IMG/VR virus record: IMGVR_UViG_3300019879_000001 | Span: 1 to 31,635 of that record | Direction: 5' to 3' (one strand) | Length of the DNA stretch: 31,635 nucleotides | From: a virus | Lineage: Duplodnaviria; Caudoviricetes | Part shown: piece after piece, positions 1-11,719 of the stretch | Position numbering within the stretch: the first letter of the stretch is position 1 | How the letters are laid out: every line of letters begins with the position of its first letter | Made by a program: the position numbers and the translations under genes | Notes under the pieces: generated by a model | What the model was told of the DNA's origin: nothing | What the model saw: only the letters and a program-made list of their open reading frames with translations | Database searches by the model: none

Positions 1-2
1 CA

Positions 3-1406
3 TTGCCTAAGATCCCCTACGTTGACGGAATTCCGCTGGATACAACCACGCAGACACCAATCAACTGGATCATCAATGGACAATCCCTTTTTGGGGCAAA
101 AGAAAAACTGGGAAACGATGGTAACCTGAACACACACGTTGTTCAGGTTCAAAAGAACGCCGTTCGGCTGGAAATGAATAGCGGTTATCAGGTAAGCAAA
201 ATCAACGAACTGGTTGATCAGGTGAATCTGATTTCCTCTAACCTGGACGGGATCGCGAGTCAGGATGTTATCAAGACGCTGAATAAAGCGACCAGCGATA
301 TCACCCTGATTAAGGTCGATCTGTCGGTAGCGAAAACCGACATCGCTCAACACACTCTCATGATTGGATCAATCAATAGCGAAATCGGAGAATACGACCC
401 GATCAAAGACCCGAAACACCGGACGGTGCGCGATGATATCATTTTCCTGAAAAAGGAAATGGGTGCATATACTGGCTTCGACCAGAACGGTGATTCGGAT
501 CCGACTTCTGACGGCTCCGGCATGAAATACAAAATCATGCAGACAGCTAAAGCGGTATCGACCCACGAAGGCCGAATCGTTAAGTTGGAAGATGACTGGG
601 CAAATTCTGAGGTTGGTCAGCTTACACAGACCGTAACCGATCTGCGTAATGAGGTTGGCTTGCGCGGTATGGCAACTGCCGATTCTCTGTATGTGCGTCT
701 GAATAAGACTTCAAATCGTATCGATGATATTGATACTGAAGTTGAGGCAATCAACACGTATATCGGTCGGTCTGGTGGCAACACTGACGCCGGTCTGGTT
801 GGTCGCGTTATCGATGCAGAAAAGGAAATCGGGGTTCTTCAGGTTGCGATTAGTGACCCGACTACCGGTCTGGGCTACCGCACGACGCAACTTGAAAATG
901 CGCTGGGTTCCAATCAGGAAGAACCCGGAAGCCTTCGTAATGATATCGTTAAGCTGAAACGTTCTGTTGTTGATATCGGTCTTGTACTGGGCGACAGCAG
1001 CGATGATGGTCTTCGCGGTGACGTAACACAAGCGCTTTCTGATATTGGCTCTGATTCGGACCCTACCAGCCTTAAAGGTCGTGTTCTGACTATCGAGAAC
1101 GCAAGCCGTGATATGATGGCTGATATCGATGATGTGAAAGGGGTTGTAGGTAACTCAACCAGCGGCCTCGTTGCTGCTAACGTCACTATCGGTAAAGACA
1201 TTTACGGCGATGCAACCAGTTCTGATAAATTTATTAAAGACGGTATTAAGAAAACCCTGAAAGATGTTGTTGCTTCTCTGGGCGGTGGTACTGGCGACGT
1301 TTACGCGCTGATCACTGCACTGACTTCCCGTGTAACTGCACTGGAAAAAACGGTAGCGGATAACAGTTCTAATCTGGTTCTTCTGAACCGTCTGCAAATT
1401 AACTAA
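3..1406 (+). CDS. wac: Fibritin / neck whisker protein (probably 5'-truncated by the window edge)
   Basis: N-terminus (LP)KIPYVDG...INWIINGQSLFGA...DGNLN resembles the T4 Wac N-domain; segmented coiled-coil heptads; lies directly upstream of gene 13. The TTG at 3 is probably internal. Confidence 0.9.
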   Translation: MPKIPYVDGIPLDTTTQTPINWIINGQSLFGAKEKLGNDGNLNTHVVQVQKNAVRLEMNSGYQVSKINELVDQVNLISSNLDGIASQDVIKTLNKATSDITLIKVDLSVAKTDIAQHTLMIGSINSEIGEYDPIKDPKHRTVRDDIIFLKKEMGAYTGFDQNGDSDPTSDGSGMKYKIMQTAKAVSTHEGRIVKLEDDWANSEVGQLTQTVTDLRNEVGLRGMATADSLYVRLNKTSNRIDDIDTEVEAINTYIGRSGGNTDAGLVGRVIDAEKEIGVLQVAISDPTTGLGYRTTQLENALGSNQEEPGSLRNDIVKLKRSVVDIGLVLGDSSDDGLRGDVTQALSDIGSDSDPTSLKGRVLTIENASRDMMADIDDVKGVVGNSTSGLVAANVTIGKDIYGDATSSDKFIKDGIKKTLKDVVASLGGGTGDVYALITALTSRVTALEKTVADNSSNLVLLNRLQIN

Positions 1407-1408
1407 TC

Positions 1409-1428
1409 AAGGGGCTTCGGCCCCTTTT
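1409..1428 (+). terminator. Intrinsic terminator with CUUCGG loop
   Basis: AAGGGGC-TTCG-GCCCCTTTT directly after the wac stop. Confidence 0.8.
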
Positions 1429-1437
1429 GAGGATCTT

Positions 1438-2361
1438 ATGATTACGAATAACCCAGAACAACTTAAAGATGAAATTCTTCGCCGGTTGGGTGCTCCTATT
1501 GTCAAGGTCGAAGTTACGCGAGATCAGATTTATGATTGTATCCAGCGTGCTCTCGATCTCTATGCAGAATATCACTACAACGGCACCAACAAAGCCTATG
1601 TAATCCTGATCCCTGGTGCAGATAATACCCGTGGTGTGTTTGACTTGAGCAAAGAACACATTTTCGCCGTGACCAAAGTTCTGAGAACCGGCACCTCCAA
1701 CCTTTTCACAATGGACGGAACTGCAACTTATCCATGGTTCACTGATTTCCTTATGGGTCTGACTGGTGGCACAATGGGCGGTGGTAATGGTGGCGGCGTG
1801 TATGGCATGAATGCCTATGGTGCTGATCTGGGATACTTTACTCAGATGATGTCATATCAGCAAACGATGATGGATATTTTTTCGCCATTGCCTGATTACT
1901 CTTTTAATGACGACACCGGACAATTTTTCATCCATGGCAACCGTGGCACAGGTGATGTTATTGTGCTGGAAGTTATGGTTCGTTCATTCGTCGATGTTCC
2001 GAGCATGGTAGGAGCGGTCGCAGGATACGCTACAGCAGGCGATCCCTATGGTGGTGAACATACCCTATACGATACGTACAACAACCCGTATAACGCTGTT
2101 GCTGGCGGTGTGCGTGCTGGTCAGGGTAGTAACGTAATGGGCGGGACTTCAGCGTACAATAACCGCTGGGTTAAGGATTTCTCTACCGCGCTCGTAAAAG
2201 AGATTAACGGTCAGATTCTGGCTAAGTTCCAGGGTATGCAGTTGCCTGGCGGTGTCTCACCGGACGGAACCCGACTGATCCAGGAAGCCGAAACCAAATT
2301 AACTGAACTCAAACAGGAACTGATCCTGTTATCCGACACAATGCCGATCATCATGGCTTAA
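1438..2361 (+). CDS. 13: Neck protein gp13
   Basis: NPEQLKDEILRRLGAPIVKVEVT...YNNRWVKD...AKFQGMQLPGGV motifs; SD GAGGA; synteny. Confidence 0.95.
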   Translation: MITNNPEQLKDEILRRLGAPIVKVEVTRDQIYDCIQRALDLYAEYHYNGTNKAYVILIPGADNTRGVFDLSKEHIFAVTKVLRTGTSNLFTMDGTATYPWFTDFLMGLTGGTMGGGNGGGVYGMNAYGADLGYFTQMMSYQQTMMDIFSPLPDYSFNDDTGQFFIHGNRGTGDVIVLEVMVRSFVDVPSMVGAVAGYATAGDPYGGEHTLYDTYNNPYNAVAGGVRAGQGSNVMGGTSAYNNRWVKDFSTALVKEINGQILAKFQGMQLPGGVSPDGTRLIQEAETKLTELKQELILLSDTMPIIMA

Positions 2362-2370
2362 GGGGGAATC

Positions 2371-3114
2371 ATGATTCCTGATGAAAGTCTTTTCGCCCAG
2401 TTAAGTTCTGGTGAGGGCGTTGACAAAAATATGCGGGATAGCGTCACCAACCCGTACGTAAATTTCTATAAGCACAACCCTACTCAACAGCTTCACGACT
2501 CCCTGACTGCTGAAGCTATTCAGATGCGTTCACCGGATATGTATTATGTCCGCAGGGAATATGTCAACGTGGATAAAATTCTGGGAGAGGACCGGGAATC
2601 TAAGTTCACAAAATCATGGAAAATCGCGGCTTATATAGAATCTTATGCTAACTATGAAGGTCAGCGCGACTTTTTTAGTAAGTTCGGCTTAAGTTCTAAC
2701 GATGAAATGACTATTGTTGTCAATCCTCGTTTGTTTGCTCACCAGGTTGATGGTGGCATTCCGAGAATGGGTGACCTTGTTTATTTCCCGATGGACAACA
2801 GCCTGTTTGAAATTACGTGGATTGAGGCGGACCCGTTCTATCAGTTCGGTGACCGACCGGCTCGTAAAATTAACCTGGCTAAGTTCATCTATACCGGTGA
2901 AGAAATGTCTCCAGAGTTGCAGCGTAACGAAGGCATAAATATCGAGCCGGACGCTGATCTTGATCTGGAACCAATCCGTAATCTGGATGGAATTGCAGAT
3001 ATTAACGTAGATCAGTATGCGGAAGATACTCAGTTCGAAGTTGAAGCGGATGAGTTCGTAGAGTCGTTTGATGTTGTTAACGGTCGCGGATCGCCCTTTG
3101 CAAACTTCCCTTAA
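2371..3114 (+). CDS. 14: Neck protein gp14
   Basis: NPYVNF, FFSKFG...DE, GDLVYFPMDNSLFEITW.E.DPFYQFG motifs; synteny. Confidence 0.95.
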   Translation: MIPDESLFAQLSSGEGVDKNMRDSVTNPYVNFYKHNPTQQLHDSLTAEAIQMRSPDMYYVRREYVNVDKILGEDRESKFTKSWKIAAYIESYANYEGQRDFFSKFGLSSNDEMTIVVNPRLFAHQVDGGIPRMGDLVYFPMDNSLFEITWIEADPFYQFGDRPARKINLAKFIYTGEEMSPELQRNEGINIEPDADLDLEPIRNLDGIADINVDQYAEDTQFEVEADEFVESFDVVNGRGSPFANFP

Positions 3115-3117
3115 ATA
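3112..3117 (+). promoter_or_regulatory. Putative late promoter core (TAAATA), followed by a hairpin at 3124-3146
   Basis: TAAATA overlaps the gene 14 stop; AAGGGTGCA-acaac-TGCACCCTT stem downstream. Confidence 0.5.
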
Positions 3118-3162
3118 GTACACAAGGGTGCAACAACTGCACCCTTTTGATTTGAAGGTTTT

Positions 3163-3777
3163 ATGATATACACAAAACTTAAAGAATGGTTGTCTCATGA
3201 TTTGTACGTCGAGTATGTGAATATCATAAAGACTTCACCAAAGACAAAGAACACCGAAAAGCATCACATATTACCACGGTCTATTTTCCCTGAATTTAAA
3301 AACGACCCTGATAACCTGGTCGAACTTGATGTTATCGATCACCTTCTGGCTCACAGGGTGTTAGCTAAAACGCAAGACCATAGAATGATTCTGGCATTCT
3401 TCATGATGTTCACATACGAGCACAAGAGATATGCATCTCTTTCTGAAGAACAACAACAGGTGGTTCTACATGAAAAAGCGATTGCTCGACAGGCTATGCG
3501 CCAAGTAAAGAAAGTCCAGATGAAAGGTAAATATGATGGAGAGGATAACCCTTTCTATGGCAAGTCGCATAGCGATAAAACCAAGAAGGCGATATCCAAT
3601 GCACATAAGGGTAAAAAGTTATCTGCTGACCATTTAGCGAAGTTGGTATCTTATCACAAAGGAAGATCCAAGCCAAAGGTTGAATGTCCTCATTGTCATG
3701 CAATGTGTGCTCAAAACCTAGCGACTCGCTGGCACTTCGACAATTGTAAGCTGCTTAAACAGCAGCAGGGGGATTAG
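3163..3777 (+). mobile_element. Free-standing HNH homing endonuclease (Mob-like) with NUMOD3 motif and C-terminal Zn finger
   Basis: EKHHILPRS...NLVEL...HLLAH nuclease motif; NPFYGKSHSDKTKKAIS (NUMOD3); CPHC...RWHFDNC; AT-richer than neighbours; inserted between genes 14 and 15. Confidence 0.88.
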
Positions 3778-3780
3778 AAA

Positions 3781-4601
3781 ATTTTTGGATTCTGGTACAA
3801 TAGTTCATTAAGAAATTATATCGTTTTGATGGGTCAGCTTTTCAATCACGTTCAGGTTATGCGAGTGCGCGGCGACAAACAAAAATTCATTAAAGTTCCG
3901 ATCACTTATTCGTCAAAAGAAAAATTCCTGGCTGCAATGGACAAATACAACAACCCATTGAGTCAGGAAGAAGTGGCGAAAGTTGAAACTATTTTGCCCC
4001 GTATGAATCTATCACTGGTAGACCTTCAGTATAACGGGATTCGAAAAACCAGCACGACCGTAGCAGAGAAAATGTCTCAGTTGCAGTCACCGCACAAATC
4101 AATAGTGCAGTTCAACCCGGTTCCGTACCGGCTTATGTTTGAACTGGGTGTATATACGCGATACGAAGATGACGCGTTCCAGATCGCAGAGCAAATTTTA
4201 CCGTACTTCCAGCCTCATTTTAACTGCAAGATTACGGAACTGCACCGGAACGAAATCAAAATCGACCGCGACATTAAAATCAGTATGCAGTCTGTATCGC
4301 CGGACACAAGTTTTGAAGGCGAAGCGAATCAGCGCAGACACATCGAATGGTCTTTCATGTTCGAATTGCAGGGCTTTATCTATCCGCCTGTCGATAACCT
4401 GAAAGGTGAAATCCGAACCGTATATACTGATTTTTTTGCAAACACCAATGCGCTGGATAAAGATAACTTCGAGTCGGTTGATAGTCAAGTTGATCCTGTC
4501 GATCTTCCTTTCAATGAATGGGATGGCACGCAGATCAAACAAACTCATTCTCAGAATGAGCCTATCCCGACAGGTGAAAAACCTCCTAAACCGAGGGGCA
4601 A

Positions 4602-4605
<4 letters not shown>
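3781..4605 (+). CDS. 15: Tail sheath terminator gp15 (start placed at non-canonical ATT)
   Basis: Reading frame upstream of the ORF-track TTG (3826) encodes (I)FGFWYNSSLRNYIVLMG, matching T4 gp15 MFGYFYNSS; KVPITY.SKE, ILPRM, EQILPYFQP motifs. Confidence 0.92.
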
Positions 4606-6945
<2,340 letters not shown>

Positions 6946-6962
6946 ATTAGAGGAAGTACATA

Positions 6963-8921
6963 ATGCAACAATCTCCGGGTGTTGAATCAAAAGAAACGTC
7001 GGTACAATCTACCGTTGTTCGAAATTCAACTGGTCGCGCCGCTATTGTCGGTAAGTTTTCATGGGGTCCAGCTTTCCAGATTCGTCAGGTTGCCAACGAA
7101 GTTGAAATGGTAAACTCTTTTGGTGCTCCTGACAACCTGACCGCTGATTATTTCCTTAGCTCTGTAAACTTCTTACAGTACGGTAATGATCTCCGCGTTG
7201 TGCGCGTTGTTGATAAAACAGCAGCAAAAAACGCAAGTGCGATTTTCGACCAGGTGAAAACCACAATCACATCGTCTGGCTCTAACTACTCAGTTAAAGA
7301 CCAGGTGCGAGTAAAATATAACAACGTTGTCGTTGAAGACGCCGGTTTCGTTTCTAAAGTCGATAGCAATGGTAAAATCCTTGCTGTATCGATTCCTAGC
7401 GCGAAAATCGTCACGCGTGCTAAACAGATTGGCACGTACCCAGATATCTCAACAGGATGGACTACGGAGATTATTTCCGCCACTTCTGGTGTATCTGCAT
7501 CAATCGCAGTTGACGGCATCGAAAGTCAGTCAGGTATCACCCTGCTGAACCTCGACATTGCGAAAGAAACCATTCAGAGTTCACAGTTCATGGCTCTGAC
7601 CCAGAAATACGGTCTGCCTGCTATCGTGGCGCTGTATCCGGGTGAACTGGGTTCAACTGTACAGGTTGAGGTAGTATCGAAAGCAGCATATGATAGCGGC
7701 GCTGTCGTGACCTCATATCCTTCCGGTACTCAGAATAAAAATAGCGGTCGTTCTGTTCTGGCCTATGGCCCGCAGACCGACAACCAGTACGCACTGATCA
7801 TTCGTCGTGGTGGTATCGTCCAGGAATCTTTCATCGTCTCAACTGTGAAGACAGATAAAGATTTCTTTGCGAACGGTGGCTCTCGTTACGTGTTCGGTAC
7901 TTCACTGAACTGGCCTAAAGGCTTCAGCGGTATCCTGGAATTCGGTGGCGGTATGTCCTCGAACGACTCTGTAGGTGCTGATGAACTGATGAACGGCTGG
8001 GATCTGTTTGCTGACCGTGAGTCTCTGCATGTTCCGCTGCTGATTGCTGGTGCTTCTGCCGGTGAATCTGTTGCAGTGCATTCAACCGTACAGAAACACG
8101 TTGTTTCTATCGGCGACGAACGCGCAGACTGTACCGTATTTGTTTCGCCTCCGCGCAGCAAACTGGTAAACATCCCGCTGGAGCAGGCTGTAAATAACAT
8201 GGTTGAATGGCGTCGTGGTTATACCATCTCCGGCAATACGCCGATTGATGATAACATGAACGTGAGTTCGAGCTATGGTTTCCTGGATGGTAACTATAAA
8301 TACCAGTACGACAAATACAACGATGTAAACCGCTGGGTTCCCCTGGCAGGCGATATCGCTGGTCTGTGTGTGTATACCGATTCGGTTGCGCAGCCGTGGA
8401 TGTCGATTGCTGGCCTGAACCGTGGTCAGATCCGTAACTGTATTAAACTGGCTATTGAACCGCGTGGCGCTCACCGCGATGCGATGTATCAGGAGCAGAT
8501 TAACCCGGTAACTGGTTTCTCAGGTGGTTCCGGTTTCGTTCTGTATGGCGATAAAACTCTGACGAAAGTTCCGAGTCCTTTTGACCGTATCAACGTACGT
8601 CGCTTGTTCAACATGATCAAGAAAGATGTCGGTGATAACGCCAAATACAAACTGTTCGAGAATAACGATGATTTCACGCGTTCTTCTTTCCGTATGGATA
8701 CCGGTCAATACATGACGAATATCCGTGCTCTGGGCGGTTGCTACGACTACCGGATTGTTTGTGATACCACGAACAACACGCCAGATGTTATTGACCGCAA
8801 CGAATTCGTAGGAACCATCTACGTTAAACCGGCGCGTTCTATCAACTACATCACTCTGAACTTCGTCGCTACCTCAACAGGTGCAGATTTCGACGAGTTA
8901 GTAGGCGCACAGACAGTATAA
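6963..8921 (+). CDS. 18: Tail sheath protein gp18
   Basis: SPGVE.KET, GKF.WGP, YDKYNDVNRWVP, FDRINVRRLF, KPARSINYITLNFVAT. Confidence 0.97.
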   Translation: MQQSPGVESKETSVQSTVVRNSTGRAAIVGKFSWGPAFQIRQVANEVEMVNSFGAPDNLTADYFLSSVNFLQYGNDLRVVRVVDKTAAKNASAIFDQVKTTITSSGSNYSVKDQVRVKYNNVVVEDAGFVSKVDSNGKILAVSIPSAKIVTRAKQIGTYPDISTGWTTEIISATSGVSASIAVDGIESQSGITLLNLDIAKETIQSSQFMALTQKYGLPAIVALYPGELGSTVQVEVVSKAAYDSGAVVTSYPSGTQNKNSGRSVLAYGPQTDNQYALIIRRGGIVQESFIVSTVKTDKDFFANGGSRYVFGTSLNWPKGFSGILEFGGGMSSNDSVGADELMNGWDLFADRESLHVPLLIAGASAGESVAVHSTVQKHVVSIGDERADCTVFVSPPRSKLVNIPLEQAVNNMVEWRRGYTISGNTPIDDNMNVSSSYGFLDGNYKYQYDKYNDVNRWVPLAGDIAGLCVYTDSVAQPWMSIAGLNRGQIRNCIKLAIEPRGAHRDAMYQEQINPVTGFSGGSGFVLYGDKTLTKVPSPFDRINVRRLFNMIKKDVGDNAKYKLFENNDDFTRSSFRMDTGQYMTNIRALGGCYDYRIVCDTTNNTPDVIDRNEFVGTIYVKPARSINYITLNFVATSTGADFDELVGAQTV

Positions 8922-8928
8922 CAAAGTG

Positions 8929-8952
8929 GGGGCTGAAAAGCCCCTCTAAATA
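8929..8952 (+). promoter_or_regulatory. Stem-loop followed by late promoter core upstream of gene 19
   Basis: GGGGCT-GAAA-AGCCCC without a U-tract, then TAAATA at 8947-8952. Confidence 0.55.
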
Positions 8953-8968
8953 AATCCGAGGTTATAAA

Positions 8969-9454
8969 ATGCTTACTGACATTTTACGCGCCTTTGAGTC
9001 CGGTGATTTCGCTCGACCTAACCTGTTCGAAGTTGAAATTCCGTACCTGGGCAAAAATTTTAAATTCAAGTGTAAAGCGGCAACCATGCCTGCTGCAACT
9101 GTTGAAAAGGTTCCTGTAGGTTATCAGAACCGTAAAATCAACGTTGCTGGCGACCGCACATATGATGACTGGACCGTAACGATCTATTCTGACGATGCGC
9201 ACACGACCCGTAATGCACTGGTTGCATGGTCAAACTCTATGCATGGCATGGGTGAACAGATTTCCGGTGATGTTCCGGCTAACTACAAGAAACAAGCTGT
9301 AGTCAAGCAGAAAAACCGTAATGACGAAGTGACCGCAGAACACACAATTTCTGGCCTGTTCCCGACAAACGTCGGAGAAGTAGCGCTTGACTGGGATTCA
9401 AACAACGAAGTTTCTACGTTTGAATGTACCTTCGCGCTGGACTGGTGGGAATAA
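8969..9454 (+). CDS. 19: Tail tube protein gp19
   Basis: AFESGDFARPNLFEVEI...NRKINVAGDRTYDDWTVT...TFALDWWE. Confidence 0.97.
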   Translation: MLTDILRAFESGDFARPNLFEVEIPYLGKNFKFKCKAATMPAATVEKVPVGYQNRKINVAGDRTYDDWTVTIYSDDAHTTRNALVAWSNSMHGMGEQISGDVPANYKKQAVVKQKNRNDEVTAEHTISGLFPTNVGEVALDWDSNNEVSTFECTFALDWWE

Positions 9455-9459
9455 AGTCG

Positions 9460-9467
9460 CATAAATA
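9460..9467 (+). promoter_or_regulatory. Late promoter (CATAAATA)
   Basis: One mismatch to the T4 gp55 consensus TATAAATA; intergenic; followed by AGGGGTA-GCAA-TACCCCT hairpin. Confidence 0.7.
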
Positions 9468-9510
9468 CAGGGGTAGCAATACCCCTATCATTATTTTTTG
9501 GAGTTGTTAA

Positions 9511-11082
9511 ATGAACTTATTTGGATTTGAGAATATTTTAAGTTTCTTCAGATCTCCGAGCGAGAAAGACGCGCAAGATCTCGAAACACAATTACAAGAT
9601 GATACAGGTTCAATAGCGCCCCCAAAAAATAACGATGGAGCGCATGAAATCGAAACCGATTTGAACAATGCGAAATATACTTCGGTATATCAGCAGTTCT
9701 ACGGTGGACAGGATCCTAACATCAAAACGAAGCAGGAACTGATCAACACGTACCGTGGCCTTATGGCATACCCGGAAGTTGAAAACGCAGTGTCGGAAAT
9801 TATCGATGATGCGATTGTAAACGAACTGGGCAAAGACGTGATCAGTTTGGACCTGGACAACACTGATTTCTCTGATGCGATCAAGAAAAAGATTGTAGCT
9901 GAGTTTCAGAAGGTTCTAAATATCCATGACTTCGATAATCAGGGTGCTCGCCTGTTCCGCGATTGGTATGTGGATTCACGAATCTACTTCCATAAGATCA
10001 TGCACAAAGAAGAAAACAAAGGCATTAAAGAATTACGCCAACTCGATCCGCGTAGTATGGAACTTATCCGAGAATCGCTGGTCGAGACTATTGACGGTGC
10101 AAAAGTTTTCCGTGGATACCGTGAGTATTTCCTGTATACCGCGCCGAAAAACGGCTATTCGCTGAATGGTCACATTTACGCCGCAAACGAAAAGATTAAA
10201 ATCCCTCGATCTGCGATTGTGTACGCACACTCAGGTCAGGAAGATGCGAACGGTAACATTATCGGTTATCTGCATCGCGCTGTCAAGCCTGCTAACCAGC
10301 TTCGTCTGCTGGAAGATGCGATGGTTATCTATCGTATCACTCGCGCCCCAGAACGCCGTGTGTTCTACATCGACGTTGGTATGATGGGCGGTACGAAAGC
10401 AGCACAGTACGTAAATAACATTGCACAGGGACTTAAAAACCGTGTGGTTTATGATGCGCGTACCGGTACAGTGAAAAATCAGCAAAACAACCTGTCAATG
10501 ACAGAAGATTACTGGTTGACCCGTCGAGACGGTAAAGCCGTTACTGAGGTCTCCACGCTCCCAGGCGGCGCTAACTTCTCTGATATGGATGATATCAAGT
10601 GGTTCAACCGCAAGCTGTATGAAGCGCTCCGAGTGCCTTTAAGCCGTATGCCTCGCGATGATGGTGGTATGCAGATCGGTGGTGGTGGCGAAATCACCCG
10701 TGACGAACTGAAGTTCACAAAATTCATTCGTACCGCACAGATTCAGTTTACGCCGGTTGTTTCTGACCCGCTGAAAACGAACCTGGTCGCTAAGAAAATT
10801 ATCACCGAAGATGAATGGAATGAGAACGTCAGCAACATCGGCTTTATCTTCCAGCAGGACTCATACTACGCGGAAATCAAGGATATCGAAATCCTCGAAC
10901 GTCGCCTGAACCTCATGGCTCAGACCGAAAACGTTGTAGGCAAATATGTGTCGCATAAATACATCATGAAGGAAGTGCTGAGAATGTCTGATGACGATAT
11001 CGAACGCGAAAGCAAAGAAATCGAGGACGAAGCCAGCATAGAGCGGTTTAAAAATCCCGAAGAGACAGAGGAAAACTTTTAA
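9511..11082 (+). CDS. 20: Portal vertex protein gp20
   Basis: YLHRAVKPANQLRLLEDAMVIYRITRAPERRVFYIDVG; EDYWL.RRDG; ITRDELKF. Confidence 0.97.
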   Translation: MNLFGFENILSFFRSPSEKDAQDLETQLQDDTGSIAPPKNNDGAHEIETDLNNAKYTSVYQQFYGGQDPNIKTKQELINTYRGLMAYPEVENAVSEIIDDAIVNELGKDVISLDLDNTDFSDAIKKKIVAEFQKVLNIHDFDNQGARLFRDWYVDSRIYFHKIMHKEENKGIKELRQLDPRSMELIRESLVETIDGAKVFRGYREYFLYTAPKNGYSLNGHIYAANEKIKIPRSAIVYAHSGQEDANGNIIGYLHRAVKPANQLRLLEDAMVIYRITRAPERRVFYIDVGMMGGTKAAQYVNNIAQGLKNRVVYDARTGTVKNQQNNLSMTEDYWLTRRDGKAVTEVSTLPGGANFSDMDDIKWFNRKLYEALRVPLSRMPRDDGGMQIGGGGEITRDELKFTKFIRTAQIQFTPVVSDPLKTNLVAKKIITEDEWNENVSNIGFIFQQDSYYAEIKDIEILERRLNLMAQTENVVGKYVSHKYIMKEVLRMSDDDIERESKEIEDEASIERFKNPEETEENF

Positions 11083-11300
11083 TGAACGAATACATCGAAG
11101 CAGTTAAGAGCGGCGACCTGGTGGAGGCTAAGAAACAATTTAGCTCCATCATGGAAGAGCGCAAAGAAGTAATTCGTCAGGAATTACGTGTTGAGATTGC
11201 CGAAAGCGTACGCGGTGAAGGCGAAGAAAACAAAGAGTCTGACGAAGAAGCTAAAGCCAAAAAAGAAAAAGGCGAAAAGCCAAATTCTGAAGCCAAATAA
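11082..11300 (+). CDS. 67: Prohead core protein gp67
   Basis: IEAVKSGDLVEAKKQF...EIAES; highly charged; synteny. Confidence 0.88.
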   Translation: MNEYIEAVKSGDLVEAKKQFSSIMEERKEVIRQELRVEIAESVRGEGEENKESDEEAKAKKEKGEKPNSEAK

Positions 11301-11312
11301 GAGGGCTGGCAT

Positions 11313-11717
11313 ATGCAACTCGAACTCGAAACCAGTGTAGAAGCCCTGGAACTACATCTCGAAGAAGCGAAAGCCCGTATCGAGATCCTGGGGATTGACG
11401 ACGACACTGTAAAAATTATCGAAAATATGGCGAGTGATGAACCAGAACTGGCTCTGGCTATGATTTCAATCGTTGAGGGCATTACCCTTGATGAAGTCAT
11501 GGTAAAACACGTTGATTCACGCGGTAACGTTGAGCGTCTTAAAGACCGCGCAACACGCCAGCGCAACGCATACCAGACTACCGGCCTGACTAAATCACAA
11601 CGCCGTCAGATTGCGCGTCGTGCGCTTAAAACTAAGCGTGCAAACCCGTCAATCCAAACCCGCGCACAACGCAAACGCAAAAAAGCTCTGCGAAAACGCG
11701 CCGCATTAGGACTCTAA
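11313..11717 (+). CDS. 68: Prohead core protein gp68
   Basis: VKHVDSRG...AYQTTGLTKSQRRQIARRA...RAALGL basic C-terminus. Confidence 0.92.
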   Translation: MQLELETSVEALELHLEEAKARIEILGIDDDTVKIIENMASDEPELALAMISIVEGITLDEVMVKHVDSRGNVERLKDRATRQRNAYQTTGLTKSQRRQIARRALKTKRANPSIQTRAQRKRKKALRKRAALGL

Positions 11718-11719
11718 AT

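Noticed and set aside
1340-1360. GGAAAAAAC possible slippery site near the end of wac
   Set aside because: Both shifted frames stop within a few codons
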